Below, piece after piece: positions 62,501-64,000 of a DNA stretch of 64,000 nt. The translations under genes were made by a program, and so were the position numbers. Under the pieces are notes generated by a model. The model was not told the origin of the DNA and did no database searches. It saw only the letters and a list, made by a program, of their open reading frames with translations. The stretch's first letter is position 1, and every line of letters starts with the position of its first letter. Source of the stretch: the human T2T-CHM13v2.0 reference genome, Homo sapiens; assembly GCF_009914755.1 (NCBI RefSeq), contig NC_060944.1. One strand, given 5' to 3'.

Positions 62501-63533
62501 GTGAAAAAGGAAATATCTTCCCGTAAAAACTAGACAGAAGCATTCTCAGAAATTTATTTGTGATGTGTGCCCTCAACTAACAGAGTTGAACCTTTCTTTT
62601 GATAGAGCAGTTTTGAAACACTCTTTTTCTAAAATCTGCAAGAGGATATTTGGATAGCTTTGAGGATTTCGTTGCAAACGGGAATGGCTTCATATAAAGT
62701 CTAGACAGAAGCATTCTCAGAAACTTCGTTGGGATGTTTCGATTGAAGTCCCAGTGTTGAACATTCCCTTTTATAGAGCAGGTTGGAAACACTCTTTCTG
62801 CATTCCCTGGAAGTGGACATTTGGAGCGCTTTCAGGACGACGGTGAAAATGGAAATATCTTCCAATAAAATCTAGATAGAAGCAATGTAAGAAACTTTTC
62901 TGTGATGGATCTACTCAGCTACCAGAGTTGAACCTTTCTTTTGAGAGAGCAGTTTTGCAACACTCTTTTTGTGGAATATGCAAGTGGATATTAGGGCAGC
63001 TTGGAGGATTTCGTTGGAAACGGGAATACATGTAAAAAGCAGACAGCAGCATTCTCAGAAACTTCTTTGTGATGTTTGCATTGAAGTCACAGAGTTGAAC
63101 ATTCCCTTTGAGAGAGCAGGTTTGAAACACGCCTTTTGTCATATCTGGAAGTGTCCATTCGGAGCGCATTCAGGCTTGTGTTGAAAAAGGAAATATCCTC
63201 CCATAAAAACTAGACAGAAGCATTCTCAGAAACTTATTTGTGATGTATGTACTCAACTAACAGAACTAAACCATCGTTTTGAAGGAGCAGTTTTGAAACA
63301 CTCTTTTTGCGGAATCTGCAAGTGGATATTTGGCTAGCTTGGAGGATTGCGTTGGAAACGGGATTACATACAAAAAGCAGACAGCAGCATTCTCAGAAAC
63401 TTCTTTGTGATGTTTGCATTCAAGTCACAGAGTTGAACATTCCCTTTCATAGAGCAGGTTTGAAACACTCTTTTTGTAGTATCTGGATGTGGACATTTGG
63501 ATCGCTTTCAGGCCTATGGTGAAAAAGGAAATA
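44504..63533 (+). repeat. HOR copies 18-24, seven canonical 16-mers
   Basis: Anchors at 44504, 47222, 49941, 52660, 55378, 58096, 60815 and 63534 (2,718-2,719 bp each). Confidence 0.94.
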
Positions 63534-64000
63534 TCTTCCCTTGAAAACTAGACAGAAGCATTCTCAGAAACTTATTTGTGATGTGTGCCCTCAACTGACA
63601 GTGTTGAACCTTTGTTTTGATAGAGCAGTTCTGAAACACACTTTTTGTAAAATCTGCAAGAGGATATTTGGATAGCTTTGAGGATTTCGTTGGAAACGGG
63701 AATGTCTTCATGTAAACTCTAGACAGAAGCATTCTCAGAAACTGCTTTGGGATGTTTCAATTGAAGTCCCAGTGTTGAACATTCCCTTTCATAGTGCAGG
63801 TTTGAAACACTCTTTTTGTAGTATCTGGAAGTGGACATTTGGAGCGCTTTCAGGTCTACGGTGAAAAAGGAGATATCTTCCAATAAAAACTAGATAGAAG
63901 CAATGTCAGAACTTTTTTCATGATGTATCTACTCAGCAAACAGAGTTGAACCTTTCTTTTGAGAGAGCAGTTTTGAAACACTCTTTTTGTGGAATATGCA
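63534..64000 (+). repeat. HOR copy 25, partial (cut by window end)
   Basis: Anchor TCTTCCCTTGAAAAC at 63534, then d1 and the start of d2. Confidence 0.93.

Larger units (their letters stand above)
1..64000 (+). repeat. Centromeric alpha-satellite (alphoid) higher-order repeat array, dimeric type (SF2-like), ~2,719-bp 16-mer HOR
   Basis: Hallmark alphoid motifs (CATTCTCAGAAACTT, GAGCAGTTTTGAAACACTCTTTTTGT, GAAAAAGGAAATATCTT) recur every ~170 bp from end to end. CENP-B box positions recur every 338-342 bp. Near-identical ORF-track peptides recur at 2,717-2,720-bp intervals. Confidence 0.99.
1..64000 (+). repeat. Probable identity: human chromosome 20 active centromeric HOR D20Z2 (S2C20H1L)
   Basis: Inference: A/B dimer alternation with an SF2-type box context (TTTGGATAGCTTTGAGGATTTCGTTGGAAACGGG) plus a 16-monomer period. 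The other well-known 16-mer (D17Z1) is pentameric SF3, which does not fit. Not verified by alignment. Confidence 0.7.

Noticed and set aside
454-63732. The many short ORFs (61-132 aa) on both strands, e.g. MWNMQV..., MDIWLA..., MLLSRV...
   Set aside because: They recur with the satellite period, overlap on opposite strands, often use GTG/TTG starts, appear and vanish with single SNPs, and resemble no protein family I recognise. They are chance translations of alphoid DNA.
1-64000. CRISPR-like appearance (conserved motifs separated by variable segments)
   Set aside because: The intervening segments are themselves homologous repeats rather than unique spacers, the period is ~171 bp, and there are no cas genes.
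1-64000. Assignment to D17Z1 (chromosome 17, also a 2.7-kb 16-mer with 14-mer variants)
   Set aside because: D17Z1 is pentameric SF3 with adjacent B-type monomers. This array has strict A/B dimer alternation.
1-64000. Hidden L1/Alu insertion, non-satellite island or inversion
   Set aside because: Every anchor-to-anchor distance is explained by whole dimers plus or minus 1-2 bp. I saw no poly-A tail, target-site duplication or reverse-strand alphoid motif.

Overview
The whole 64 kb is one uninterrupted, single-orientation array of primate (almost certainly human) centromeric alpha-satellite DNA. It consists of ~171-bp monomers in strict alternation: one carries a CENP-B box, the next a pJ-alpha/A-box. 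The monomers form a ~2,719-bp 16-monomer higher-order repeat (HOR). The dimeric organisation and the GGATAGCTTTGAGGATTTCGTTGGAAACGGG context fit suprachromosomal family 2. A 16-mer SF2 HOR most plausibly means the chromosome 20 active array D20Z2 (S2C20H1L); this is from recall, not a database search. I count 24 complete HOR copies plus a partial one, starting at 1, 2721, 5440, 7816, 10534, 12909, 15626, 18687, 21407, 24126, 26845, 29222, 31599, 33976, 36353, 39072, 41790, 44504, 47222, 49941, 52660, 55378, 58096, 60815 and 63534. Fifteen are canonical 16-mers, six are 14-mers, one is an 18-mer, and two are 16 monomers long but have non-canonical composition. There are no genes, RNA genes, transposon insertions or inversions, and all listed ORFs are satellite artefacts. 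I found no new gene-encoded system. The interesting signal is structural: a recurrent rearrangement hotspot in one internally duplicated dimer, a 4,754-bp super-repeat of two different 14-mers, length-masked HOR variants, a CENP-B-box-depleted domain (about 26.6-39 kb), an ancestral 6+6+2+2 architecture, and SNP haplotype blocks that recur 50 kb apart. Dimers are called d1-d8 here by their box position in copy 1 (152, 494, 832, 1175, 1516, 1854, 2196, 2534). All comparisons were made by eye, so breakpoints are approximate.
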